The notes under the pieces are model-generated. The model did no database searches. It saw only the letters and a program-made list of their open reading frames with translations, and had not been told where the DNA came from. Shown piece by piece: positions 50,891 to 63,814 of a stretch of 64,000 nucleotides of DNA (positions within the stretch are counted from its first letter, which is position 1; the number at the start of each line of letters is the position of its first letter). The translations under genes and the position numbers were made by a program. Origin of the DNA: Macrostomum lignano (Eukaryota); assembly GCA_002269645.1 (NCBI GenBank), contig NIVC01001206.1:1-64000 (forward strand), in the 5' to 3' direction.

Positions 50891-53800
50891 CAATTATTAT
50901 TAATAATATTAATTGCATGTACTACGATTTGAGCTACATGTATTAAGTTAGGTGTTGTCTCCCCCGCAAAATAAGAGTCCAGCGGCTCTAAGTGTGGTGA
51001 TGTTGGCAGCCAAGTGTCCACGCTCTCGTCACACCAGTTTTGGACGAGGTAGCTGTTGTGTGCTGGTGCTCCGACCATGCAGCGGAAAATCGAACCATAA
51101 ATGATGTACATGTACATACACATCGACCACACTGACTGGAGAAGTCCAGAGTAAGACCTGGATACTTGGATGTTGGTGGTCTAATCCTCAGCGGAAAATA
51201 TGTGGCAGTATCACACCCCAACACAGCGAGAAACATTTGCACAAGCACTCAGAGCTGCAGCGGATGTAATTCTTACACAGAGGAGATACAAAATCTTCCT
51301 TGTGATCGCAGCTGAATGAATAAGAATTCAATACGAAGGCAGGTGATTTTGATCGCCATTTGCCCGACAGTGGGTGCGTCAGTTAGTCCACATTTACATA
51401 TGCACATCTTTGATGTTGTCAAAAGACTCCAATCATGCAGCTACATGTATTTAAAAAATGCCTAAAAAATAAAAACATTAAAGGCACCGATTACAACGTA
51501 ACACCCCTTCCAAAGGAAAATTTTCAAGCGTACAATGTACATGTAGCAGCCATACCGTTAAGGTGAGTCAATTCGTCCACTGATCAAAATGCACTTGCAG
51601 GATTTATATGAGCAATTTAATTACAAACTTTGGCTGCCCCACGCAAGTTTTGCTTTCCACTAAACTATATAGGATAATTACTGTATTTTCAGCATTTTAA
51701 TTAAGCAGACGTTCTGTATAATTTTGACTGCTCTGTACGTGTCATATTTGAGCAGTCAGATACATGTACATGATAAATATGTAATGTGCAGGGAGTTAAG
51801 AAGCTGCAAATCCGATCGTATCGAAAATTGGATGTTAGATTCAGCAAGTGGCTTCATCATCACTTAAATTTTTTAACTTTAGAGCAGCTGCATGATCGGT
51901 AGCCGGATTCGAACGTGCAAATCAGATGCCGAATCTGTAAACGAATTTTGGAGCCATGCGATAGTATGTTAAAAATTATAATAACGATTTTGAATTACAT
52001 GTGCACGTGTGCATGTGTACTGCAGTACTGTACCAGATTAGAAAGAACTTTTTAGCATGCATGTACACTGTACCGGACTGCGGGCTTTAGCTCCGCCTTT
52101 GACAATAATGCAGTCTTTAGAATTCCTGCAATCTGACAGGAAACTGTATCGGTGTATAATTAAGTGCATAGCCATCTAGCTGTAAGTGAATGTGCACTTG
52201 AGTGAAATAAGTGAATTTTTGAACGTGCTATGCCATTCGGTCCATCTGGTTACACGCGTATAATACCTGTGATTTACGCATTTATGTTCTATCTACATGT
52301 ACATGTACAAATGTGATCAATTGGATTCACGTGCTTAGAAAAGGGTAATGAGTTCAGAAACTTTACATCACGTACGAACAGCTCAGTCCGCTTAATTTAA
52401 GGCGGAAAAAATTTATTAATATACGGCGATACATTAGAGCAATACTCAATGTTGCAACGACATATAAATGTCGATTCAAGTCACAGAGAGACAATATTCA
52501 ATACTTTACCTTTGCTGATCAGTCATATTGATTTTGCCTTCTGATTTTAAGTTGAATGAGCAAAGCCGGAATTTAGAATTAGAAAACTTAAACAAATTCA
52601 TTAATGCAGCCGTATTGCTACGGTAAATACAAACTAAAGTATTGACTAATACAGTAAAACTAAAGTTATTTACTTCTTGGTTTTACATAGGAAAACTACG
52701 TTTGGCATAATAGGGGGACTAAACCTAAACCCCGAAACTCCCGAAACTTTTTTTAATTAAGACCCATCACAATTTTTTTGCAATTACAGGCTTAGAACTA
52801 CAGGCTTAGACGGGACGGGTCCTAATAATTTGAATAATTACACTAATATATATATATATATATATATCGTTAGATGTTCATAAGTTTCATTTAGCTTATT
52901 AATTTGACTATTTAGCAAGATTACTGAATATACTTGTCTCTGCTGCTAGTTCGTAAAATTTCTTTGTTTTCTTGCAGCGCCTTTCTAAAAAATAAATGAA
53001 AGCTAGGCTAGGCCTAATTGCCAGTTTGATTGATGTTGTACAAGCCTACTAGGTCAAATTAGCTTGAGTTTAACGAATCCCCGCTTCGATCGACGCTTCT
53101 TGACTTGAGTGTCCAAGACATGGAGTCTATAGTTGGAGCTTGGAGACTTGGAGTACTTAGTGTAGGGCCTAAGTGTTGTCCATCCTTGAATCTTGGAATG
53201 TTTTTTTGATAGGCATAGACCTATCTTACTATCTTTTACTTTTGGCTTTGGCTTTAAGTGACAGATATTTCCACTAATTAGTAAATATTGCACTAGGCCT
53301 ATAATATAAATATTTTAAATTAAAATGAGAATATAATGGTAGACTATATTATAGTTTTGCATCTCACAAATCACAATGTAATATGAGCCTATTGAATTAA
53401 TTATGTTTTTATTATTTGAGGAAAACCAAGAAAATGAAAGCAAACATAAACATTCTCATTTTTTCTTTAATAATACAAAATTACAATTTATTAGGCCTAA
53501 TCTTCGTACTATATGTTTTGTTGACCAATCGGCATCTTTAGGCAAAATATATAGATGCAGAGAGATGGTAAATTTTTAAGTCTAGTAAGCCAAAATGATG
53601 CAAGTATGGGTTTTTTTATTGTTTTATAAAAATTATTAGTTTTTAATATTGTCTTTGTCTAGGCCTAGGCAGTATCCAGTCAATCTGGCAACAAGATGAT
53701 CTAGTGACATTATCAGTGGTAATCATCATTATCAATAAGTTTTTGTATTAGGGCCTACATAATCAACAGCTTTAAGTTTATCTTAAATTTAAAAACTTGA

Positions 53801-53990
53801 AAATTTAACTATAATAAATTAAATTAGGATTCATGCATATATCCTAGATTACAACAAGAGCATTTACTATATGCATATATAAATCATTACCTAGATGCAG
53901 TCTTTTAATTATAAAATCTACAAAAAAAGTTGTTAGATTGTCTATTGCCACTTTAAGTAATGGCTAAAGTTCCGGTAGGCCTACTGGAAC

Positions 53991-54586
53991 CCATAGTCAG
54001 GATGATGTATATTACGCTAGAGATTTCTGGCATATGATTGAAAATTTTACTTTTTTGGCATACAATTGGCCTAAAAAATGAGGCAAAATATATTTGGCAT
54101 ACCTTTTGGCATGACGCCATGGCATAAATATGCCAAGCAGCGTATGCCAACTCCAACCTTCACGCCAAAGTTAATATTAACAATTGTTGGCATAACGCCG
54201 TGACTTCAAAATCTAATTATAAAATCATAAAAACCACAAAACTTGTAAGATGAAAGTTCATTAACTATTCGTGATTTATAAAAATTTAAAATTCCACGCA
54301 AACTAATTGTGCAATTTTCTGAAGAAAACTTAAACAAAAAATTGATTTTTTTGGCATTATCTGTAAGCCAATTTACTTTAAATGAAAACCACACATTTGT
54401 TCAATTTTAATTGTTAAAAATTGTTAAAAAATGTGTAACACACAAAAAAGGTCATTTATTGTCGCAAAGCCTAAAAAACCTGGCATAAGTTCCTAGGACC
54501 TTGGTGTACATTTTAGTATGAAGTGGCATAGATTTTTTAGGGGACTTTTTTTTCCAGCGTATACCATGACATGATCCTGACTATGG
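53991..54586. mobile_element. 596-bp non-autonomous DNA transposon (MITE) with 16-bp TIRs and an 8-bp TSD (hAT- or P-like)
   Basis: TIRs CCATAGTCAGGATGAT and ATGATCCTGACTATGG (one mismatch). Perfect direct repeat ACTGGAAC at 53983-53990 and 54587-54594. Many internal TGGCATA/TATGCCA motifs. Confidence 0.9.
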
Positions 54587-54669
54587 ACTGGAACCCATTT
54601 TCTAATGGCTATGGATCCAACAGTCTTTTGCAGGCAGTTATCTATTAATGAAGTCTTTAAATATTATTA

Positions 54670-55944
54670 TCTGATTGTCGGGAAAGTTCTTTTACATGTA
54701 CATTCCAGAACATTCTATTTGTGCTTGTTCTTGGAACATTCTGGAAAATTCTCGATGTAATGTGCATATAAATAGTGAATAGTGTGCATACAAAAACTAC
54801 AATAGATACATGTAAACATTCTTTGCTTGACTATCTGAAATGGCAAAAGATACTCTGCTCTCGAAAGACCTGCAGCGCATGCTGCTTCTCTACGACTTTC
54901 GCTCTGGCAAGAGTGCAAGTCAGTTGGCCACCCACATCAATCCTGCATTATGTGCGGGAACCCTCACTCATCAGACTGCCAACAATTGGTTCAGGCGATT
55001 CAAAGATGGGGATGAGGGCCTCAAATACAAGCCACGCAGTGGCCGGCTGGCAGAGCTCAACGACAGTGCACTTGAGCAGCTGCTTGAGTGGGACACCCGG
55101 CAGACTACACGTGAGCTGGTGGCACAGCTGGGTGTGCATCACTCAACTGTTGCTGACCACCTTCACCGTCTGAACAAGAAGCCAAAGCTGGGATGTTGGG
55201 TGCCCCACCAGCTGACCGCCACTGACATGGACTGGTGCATTGAGGCCGCCCTCACCATGCTCTCCCGATCTCACTGTCCGGATTGGCTAGATGATGTGGT
55301 GACAGGTGACAAAAAATGGTGCCTCTATGTCAACATCCAACGCAAGCAACAGTGGGTTGATTCTGATGCAAAGCCAGAGCGAGAGGCCAAGGCTGAGCTG
55401 CACCCCAAGAAGGTCATGCTTTCAGTCTTCTGGGACAAAAGGAATAACAATGTGGGAGCTGCTGCCGAAGAACAAGAGCATCAATGCTGCCTTCTACCAG
55501 GAGCAGCTTGAGTGCCTGCAGCAGAAGCTGGCTGAGGTGTGCCCTGAACATCGCCAGGTCATCTTGCTGCACGATAATGCACCTGCACATAAGACACAGT
55601 CGACCCATCAGAAGCTGCTCGAGCTGGACTGGGAGATTCTTCCCTATTCACTGTACAGCCCAGATCTTGCACCCACTGATTATCACCTGTTTGCTGCCCT
55701 CGACCATTCTATGGCTGGCAAGGAGTTCAATGATGAGGATGACCTGAAGACCTACCTGACAAACTTCTTTGAGGGCCAGCGCCCAGAGTTCTACAGCCAG
55801 GGCATCTGCTCCTTGCACACACACTGGCAGAGGGTTATTGACCATGATGGTGACTACATTTAAGATTGATAAACCCATTGTCTAGAAAAGTGTTACATTT
55901 AATAAAATTTTGACAAATGTAAAAATTTTTTCCTAACAATCAGA
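54670..55944 (+). mobile_element. Mariner (DD34D) transposon, full length (1275 bp)
   Basis: TIRs TCTGATTGTCGGGAAA and TTTCCTAACAATCAGA, with TA on both sides (54668-69, 55945-46). It encloses the transposase remnant. Confidence 0.92.
54840..55863 (+). pseudogene. Mariner transposase with one frameshift
   Basis: Contains WVPHQLT, TGDKKW, HDNAPAH and YSPDLAPTDYHLF, with 34 residues between the second and third Asp. The frame switches near 55436-55445 (FWD|KGITMWELL). Confidence 0.93.
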
Positions 55945-58900
55945 TAAGTATCTTGTTTTAAATCTCATTATTTCATTTTGATCTTATCTTGAACAAAATC
56001 AGGTGCATTGCCAAAATGGCATATGACTAAGACTATTACACATTAAGACTACTATAGCTATTTGCTATTACTGGCTACTAGTATTGAGGGAGAGCTACTA
56101 ATCTTTTAGCATTGCTATTTCTCTCATAGGCTCTTCTCTTGCAGGCTTGTCCTGCTGGCTTTCCTAACCACTCATCTCTTTAGCATCATCCAACAACATA
56201 TTGAGCCAAATTACTTTCCTACCAGTAGTTCCTCAAGTATGGTATTCTTAGTGTATGGTAGTCTTAGTCCTACATTACCAGATTTCATGTCAGGGGAGGA
56301 CAGATGACCTTAAACTATCTCCAATGTTAGCAACAGAAGCAAAATACAAAGGCAATAAAAAATTTCCTTTCTAGGGAAGGATATATCCCCAGTATCCCTC
56401 CTTAGCTATACCTTTAAACAAAATCCCAATGTCAACTACCTATTAAAAAGTTATTATATTTTACCCATAGACTGCACTACTAGAATACCATTGCAAATCT
56501 ATAGCCATTAGAAAATGGGTTCCAGTGCCAGAACTCTAGCCATTGCCGCCACTTTAACTATCATTAGATTGTCTGTTGCCAGATTGACTTAAAACCCTCT
56601 AGGCCCTACTATCACAATGAGTGACATTGACAATGTCACTACAGTGACTATAATAGACCTAGAATTGTTTTATTTTTATATTTAATTTATAATTAGCTAG
56701 GCCCTAGTCTTGGCTTTTTTTATATATTAGTTGATATCTAAGTAGGGATGCCAACCCTGGGGAGTGTTCCTTGGGGCCCCCAGGGAGCTTGTTAAGTAAT
56801 ATTCCCCAAAGAGCTTATTGGGGAATAGTCCTCAAAAAATTAGATTGGGGACCCCAGAAAGAAAAAAATACATTTTTGACCTAATTTTTGCCATTTAAAT
56901 AAAAAAATTATTCACAAAAAGCTGATTGAAACTCTGTCTATGCTTTTGTATCACATAACTGCTTATTTCAATGTATTATTTCAAATGCAATACACATTTG
57001 AATGTTTTTTCACTATAAGTCTTTAAATCAAGCAAACTGCATGTAGAAACCCATCAGGAAAAAGAAACCTTACTATCTATTATGTTGGTCTGCATTGAAA
57101 GCTTAACACATTTGACGCAGGCATAGTGCTGGTCCTACATACGCAACCCCCCTGATTTACACTGGCCATGCAACTTACTTTTTGACCAAAAATGCGACTT
57201 ACCTGTAAAAGAAACCCTGATGCCAAAGTCCAAAGCTTAAATTAAAGTATATAAAATTCCACTTAAGATCTAAGTTATCCACAATTTTTTTACTTATTTT
57301 TTCTTTTCCCTGGGGTCTCAAGGAACAACAATAAATTCCCTGGGTATACATGCCCAACCTCAAAATTTTACCCATCTAGTGCAACTTAGTTTTGTCCAGA
57401 TTTGCAACTTACCTATGTGCTACTACACTGAATGAACAGGGGGGGGTAGCATACCTTGTGTTCTTGTGCTTATTGAAAAATGGAGGTACCTCATTTCTCT
57501 TCCCTTTCTCCTGCCCTCACTCTTTCCTGATTGATTTATCATTCACTTAATCTATATATGCACAACCTTGGGAATCACCTGGCCATTTCTATTGGCAACA
57601 TATATGTAAGTTGCTATTGGCTAAGAGCAGTCACATGGCTACTATTCTGTCCAATTTCTGTCCCAGTCTGTTTGTCTAGTCTGTCCTATTTATTGGCAGT
57701 GTCAACTGGGGAACAAGAAAAACCCACAGGTGGACCAAGCAAGAGAACAGAGTGATGTCAGGAAAAATATCACCAATAGGAAATTTTTTTGCACTAGAGT
57801 TTGGCCTCCAATCCATTCACCCAGTGGTAGTTTAGCCTACCACAAAATGCAAGTTTTAGAGGTATTTTTAAAGGGAAAATACAAATTTTTATGTTTGTCT
57901 TTTTTGCAAAAAAGTTTTAGCACATTGTGCAATCAAATTATTTTGGTAGGATTTGTTTTGGCACAGGTGTGCCATGATCCTGACTGTCAATTAACCAGTA
58001 GGCCATTACTAACCTTCAACCTATTTATGTATCTTACAGTGGCATACAGTGGCATAGCCAGAGTTAATGGCTTACTTTTGTATATTGCTATATATATTGC
58101 TATATATATATTATTGTGATAGTACATTTAAGCCATTTCTTTTATACTATTATTTATTTGTGTATAATATAGGCTAAATTTTATGTATATCTTATCATAA
58201 GTACTATTCTTCCTATACAAATTTACAATTGCGCAGCTAGATCTGCAATTCTTGATCAACTTATTCTTGATCCCATTTTTTAAATAAAATTCTTGTATGA
58301 TCTTGCTTAAAAACTAAAATCTGATCTTGGTTGGACTCTATTTGCTATTATCACCTGAGTCTTGACCTATTTGTTATTTATTATCTTATATTAGTGGTTT
58401 CATCATCTACCAATCAGACAAGTTAGAAGCAACCATGAAACAATTTGGTAAATTGGTATAATATAACACTTATAGGTGGGTCAAATATTTGAAAAACAAT
58501 GTTTTTCAATACTTTCAATATTTGAATGCACACATACTATGGGGCTTAGAGTGCTTAATATATAACTCTAAACAAGTAAAAATTCAATTTGAAAGTGAGT
58601 CAAAATTTGAAAACAATGCTTTTTTATGTTTTCAATGTTTAAATCTTGAATTTGAATGCCTCCATAGGGACTTAATGTGCTAGTACATTCATGAGAAAAA
58701 TATAACACACTTGGGGTATTATACCAATAGTGACTATAAAAGTTCAAAAGCTCTATGTAGTTTATTCAAAAATTTCTATTACTATCTTTGTTGCCTGCAT
58801 CCCTAATGTGGGGTGCTGATGGCTAGTCCTATATACTAAAAATGAGTCTCGAAAAATGAAATATGAGCAATTGATTTTTAGCAAAAATAGCTAACTGATT

Positions 58901-59006
58901 TTCTTCAATTTTTTTTGCATTAAAAGCCAATTTCTTTATGAATTTTTTCCTTGTCATTTGTTGCATTATAAAAGTTCATATCGAATAAAAAATATAAAAA
59001 TTTTGC

Positions 59007-62000
59007 ATGAGCATTTTCGGCAGTCAGCTTCTGTGCCTTGCGCGATTGCATAGACACTTAAGCTTTAAGGCCTATCTGAAATTGACAGCATCACGGTCAG
59101 CTTGCATGGCTGCTACTGTTGCTACTGCTGATACTACTGACTTTTCAGTAGTCACTACAGTAGACAATGCTGCTAATGCTTCTGAAGAGTCTAATATTAA
59201 GCCACAGTTCTACTTTGAAAATGGTCTTCGTAAAGTGAGTGCACTTTGGTTTTATGGGTTGTACTTGTATTAATAATTTATTGATGTACATGTTTATAAG
59301 AATAATCCTAAGGGATCTGGAAATCAAACTAATTTAGTGTAATAATAAATATATAAATTACTATTTATATGGCCAGATGTAGGCCACAGCTGTTGAATTT
59401 GAAGGTTGTGTATGGCTGTTCAGTCCAAGAACTGGGGGGTCGCCACACAAACCCCCAGTTACCCCAGCTAATGCTGGCACCCATTTTACAGATGGGTGAA
59501 CTGAAGCAATACAGAGTTAAGTGTCTTGCTCAATGACACAAATCGTTCCAAGTGGAATTGAGAATCGAACCCCCGACCTTTCAGTCGTGAGTCCGACGCT
59601 CTAACCACTAGGCTACAACCTCCACTAGATTATACTTTTTCAAGAATCGCCCCATAAACCTATTCAAGAATCGCCCCATAAACCCATTCAAGAATCGCCC
59701 CATAAACCTATCTAAGAATCGCCCCATAAATCCATTCAAGAATCGCCCCATAAACCAATTCAAGAATCGCCCCATAAACCAATTCAAGAATCGCCCCATA
59801 AACCTATTCAAGAATCGCCCCATAAACCCATTCAAAAATCGCCCCATAAACCTATTCATCGCCCCATAAATCAGCTGTCTAAACTTCTGTTCCCAACCGC
59901 AAATCGCCAGGTATACCCGTACTACTTTGTCTATTCAACCTACACCAAACGGCGTTGGTTGGGCAAGAAGCTGAAAGAAGTTCTTCTGGACGAGTACAGA
60001 GGCACTACGGAGGAGGCTCTGGTAATGACTTCGTCTCAGTTAGAAACCGATTGCTATGTTTTTTGTGTCGTTTTAAAAGAGCTGACTTTATTTTAATCCC
60101 TTGTTTCAGTTAGATCAGAGATTTTCAACTTAAACGAATCACGATTAATGGCGAGCCCGCTGCTGAGGGCCACGTTCTGGATCACAATGAGCACATTCAG
60201 AGAACTGTGCACAGGCACGAGCTGCCAGTGCTAGGTTAGTTACTAGGGGTATCATTGTATGTTCGTGTCTTTTGTGTCTTTTGTTCGCCCTTCTGTGTTT
60301 TTTGTTCGCCCTTCTTTGTATCTTTTGTTCGCCCTTCTTTGTGTCTTTTGTTCGCCTTTCTTTGTGTCTTTTGTTCGCCCTTCTTTGTGTCTTTTGTTCG
60401 CCCTTCTTTCTGTCTTTTGTTCGCCCTTCTTTGTGTCTTTTGTTCGCCCTTCTTTGTGTCTTTTGTTCGCCCTTCTTTGTGTCTTTTGTTCGCCCTTCTT
60501 TGTGTCTTTTGTTAGCCCTTCTGTGTGTCTTTTGTTCGCCCTTTGTATCTTTTGTTCGCCCTTCTTTGTCTTTTGTTCGCCCTTCTTTGTGTCTTTTGTT
60601 AGCCCTTCTGTGTGTCTTTTGTTCGCCCTTTGTATCTTTTGTTCGCCCTTCTTTGTCTTTTGTTCGCCCTTCTGTGTATCTTTTGTTCGCCCTTCTTTGT
60701 GTCTTTTGTTCGCCCTTCTGTGTGTCTTTTGTTCGCCCTTCTTTGTGTCTTTTGTTTGCCTTTCTTTGTGTCTTTTGTTCGCCCTTCTTTGTGTCTTTTG
60801 TTCGCTCTTCTGTGTATCTTTTGTTCGCCCTTCTTTGTGTCTTTTGTTCGCCCTTCTGTGTGTCTTTTGTTCGCCCTTCTTTGTGTCTTTCGTTTGCCTT
60901 TCTTTGTGTCTTTTGTTCGCCCTTCTTTGTGTCTTTTGTTCGCTCTTCTTTGTGTCTTTTGTTCGCCCTTCTTTGTGTCTTTTGTTCGCCCTTCTTTGTG
61001 TCTTTTGTTCGCCCTTCTTTGTGTCTTTTGTTCGCCCTTCTTTGTGTCTTTTGTTAGCCCTTCTGTGTGTCTTTTGTTCGCCCTTTGTATCTTTTGTTCG
61101 CCCTTCTTTGTGTCTTTTGTTCGCCCTTCTGTGTCTTTTGTTCGCCCTTCTTTGTGTCTTTTGTTAGCCCTTCTGTGTGTCTTTTGTTCGCCCTTTGTAT
61201 CTTTTGTTTGCCTTTCTTTGTGTCTTTTGTTCGCCCTTCTGTGTGTCTTTTGTTCGCCCTTCTTTCTGTCTTTAGGCTGTCCTTCTTTGCGTCCTGTTTG
61301 CCCATTTTGTCTTTAGCAAGTAGTGTATTTAGCCAGTCTCATCCCCATTCCCCCTATTCCTGCAGACGCGCCAGTGGACATAGTACACGAAGACAGCGAA
61401 GTCCTAGTCGTGAACAAGCCGCCAGGCCTGCCGATACATCCGTGCGGCAGATTCAATCGCAACTCTCTGTCCTATTTGTTAGAGTGCGAGCACAAGCGCA
61501 CCGGTCTGCATATTGTGCACAGATTGGATCGCATGACTTCTGGCGTTTTAATTATTGGCAAATCGTCTCAGAGAGCGTCGACTCTGTCTGGTCTGGTTCG
61601 CGATCGGGCTGTGCAGAAATGGTACCTGGCCAGGGTTGAAGGAAGGTAAGCTAAACTTTTTGGCATCACTTTTGGCATCTTAGCAACTTTACCATTGAGT
61701 CATGGCATCTCAGCATCTCCCCCATTGAGCCTATGGCATCTCAGCAACTCCCCCTTGAGCCTATGGCATCTCAGCAACTCCCCCTTGAGCCTATGGCATC
61801 TTAGCAACTCCCCCATTGAGCCTATGGCATCTTGAGCCTATGGCATCTCAGCAACTCCCCCATTGAGCCTATGGCATCTCAGCAACTCCCCCTTGAGCCT
61901 ATGGCATCTTGAGCCTATGGCATCTAGCGTCTCCCCCATTGAGCCTATGGCATCTCAGCAACTCCCCATTGAGCCTATGGTATCTCAGCATCTCCCCCAT

Positions 62001-63741
62001 TGAGCCTATGGAATCTCAGCATCTCCCCCATTGAGCCTATGGTATCTCAGCATCTCCCCCATTGAGCCTATGGCATCTTGAGCCTATGGAATCTCAGCAT
62101 CTCCCCCATTGAGCCTATGGCATCTTGAGCCTATGGCATCTCAGCAACTCCCCCTTGAGCCTATGGCATCTTGAGCCTATGGCATCTAGCGTCTCCCCCA
62201 TTGAGCCTATGGCATCTCAGCAACTCCCCCTTGAGCCTATGGCATCTTGAGCCTATGGAATCTCAGCATCTCCCCCATTGAGCCTATGGCATCTTGAGCC
62301 TATGGCATCTCAGCAACTCCCCCTTGAGCCTATGGCATCTCAGCAACTCCCACCTTGAGCCTATGGTATCTCAGCAACCCCCCCTTGAGCCTATGGCATC
62401 TTGAGCCTTTGGCATCTTACCGTCTCCCCCTTGAGCCTATGGCATCTCAGCAACTCCCCCTTGAGCCTATGGCATCTCAGCAACTCCCCCCTTGAGCCTA
62501 TGGCATCTTGAGCCTATGGCATCTCAGCAACTCCCCTTGAGCCTATGGCATCTTGAGCCTATGGAATCTCAGCATCTCCCCCATTGAGCCTATGGCATCT
62601 TGAGCCTATGGCATCTCAGCAACTCCCCCTTGAGCCTATGGCATCTCAGCAACTCCCACCTTGAGCCTATGGCATCTCAGCAACCCCCCCCTGAGCCTAT
62701 GGCATCTTGAGCCTTTGGCATCTTACCGTCTCCCCCTTGAGCCTATGGCATCTCAGCAACTCCCCCTTGAGCCTATGGCATCTCAGCAACTCCCCCCTTG
62801 AGCCTATGGCATCTTGAGCCTATGGCATCTCAGCAACTCCCCCTTAAGCCTATGGCATCTTGAGCCTATGGCATCTTAGCGTCTCCCCCTTGAGCCTATG
62901 GCATCTTGAGCCTATGGCATCCTGAGCCTATGGCATCTCAGCAACTCCCCCTTGAGCCTATGGCATCTTGAGCCTATGGCACCTCAGCATCTCCCCCATT
63001 GAGCCTATGGCATCTCAGCATCTCCCCCATTGAGCCTATGGCACCTCAGCATCTCCCCCCTGAGCCTATGGCATATCAGCACCTCCTCCCTGAGCCTATG
63101 GCATCTCAGCACCTCCTCCCTGAGCTTTTGGCATCTCAGCATCTCCCCCCTGAGCCTATGGCATTTCAGCATCTCCCCCCTGAGCCTATGGCATCTCAGC
63201 ATCTCCTCCACTGAGCATCTCAGAGAGCTCTTATTTTTCTCACCTTCTTAACGCCTAAATGTCAATAAAATTATAAATATCATAAAATAAAATAAATACT
63301 GTCAGTAGCTTATTAGCACATTTCGCTTCGTATAGAATGTGTCATATTTTATAAAATAAACCCGATAACAGTTCTGAGTTCGAATCTGCATCTAAAAATA
63401 TCTATTTTTCTTTTTAGATTTCCTGAAGCAGCAGAACTCGGGACAGAAGACGATTTAATTTCTAGAGAAGATGACGCAATCGTCTGCTCCGGTTCGCTTG
63501 GCCATCTGAGTCGAAAACTCGGTCTACAAGCCGTGCTTACGGAGGCCGAAGGCGGCAAACCCAGCAAGTCTTTGTTTCGTCGGCTGTCTTACAATGGCCG
63601 CACCAGTTTAGTTGAATGCCAGCCGCTGACTGGGCGGACCCACCAGCTGCGGGTGCACCTGCAGTACCTGGGCTTTCCTATCGCCAACGATCCGCTTTAT
63701 AATAGCGAGGTCTGGGGACCCGAGAAAGGCCGGGGCGGAAG
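59007..63741 (+). CDS. RPUSD2: RluA-family RNA pseudouridine synthase (RPUSD2-like); 5 exons in the window, 3' end beyond it
   Basis: Phase-matched exons 59007-59234, 59911-60021, 60114-60234, 61366-61645 and 63418-63741. Motifs: [37 protein letters not shown], catalytic HRLDRMTSG, and [26 protein letters not shown]. Confidence 0.93.
59365..59620 (-). mobile_element. tRNA-derived SINE (CORE-SINE-like) in intron 1 of the RPUSD2-like gene
   Basis: The minus strand reads GGTTGTAGCCTAGTGGTTAGAGCGTCGGACTCACGACTGAAAGGTCGGGGGTTCGATTCTC (A and B boxes), then GTGTCATTGAGCAAGACACTT and CAGTTCACCCATCTGTAAAATGGG, resembling the MIR CORE. Confidence 0.85.
59636..59870. repeat. 24-bp tandem repeat (CAAGAATCGCCCCATAAACCTATT), about 9 copies
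   Basis: Direct reading, intronic. Confidence 0.93.
60255..61300. repeat. 23-bp tandem repeat (GTGTCTTTTGTTCGCCCTTCTTT), intronic
   Basis: Direct reading. Source of the ORFs at 60255-61316. Confidence 0.96.
61695..63215. repeat. Composite 16/30-32-bp repeat (GAGCCTATGGCATCTT and GAGCCTATGGCATCTCAGCAACTCCCCCTT), intronic
   Basis: Direct reading. Confidence 0.96.
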
Positions 63742-63814
63742 GTGAGGGGCTGCGACAGCGCTGATTGACAGATAGAGCGATTGTAGATGTATATTGATTA
63801 ATTACTGGGTTTAT

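Noticed and set aside
56743-58805. Possible hAT element (TAGGGATGCCAAC ... GTTGCCTGCATCCCTA)
   Set aside because: The TIR match is imperfect, the 8-bp flanks differ (TATCTAAG vs ATGTGGGG), and there is no coding remnant.
59550-59620. Possible tRNA gene
   Set aside because: The tRNA-like head continues into SINE body sequence shared with 50609-50890, and the acceptor stem is not closed.
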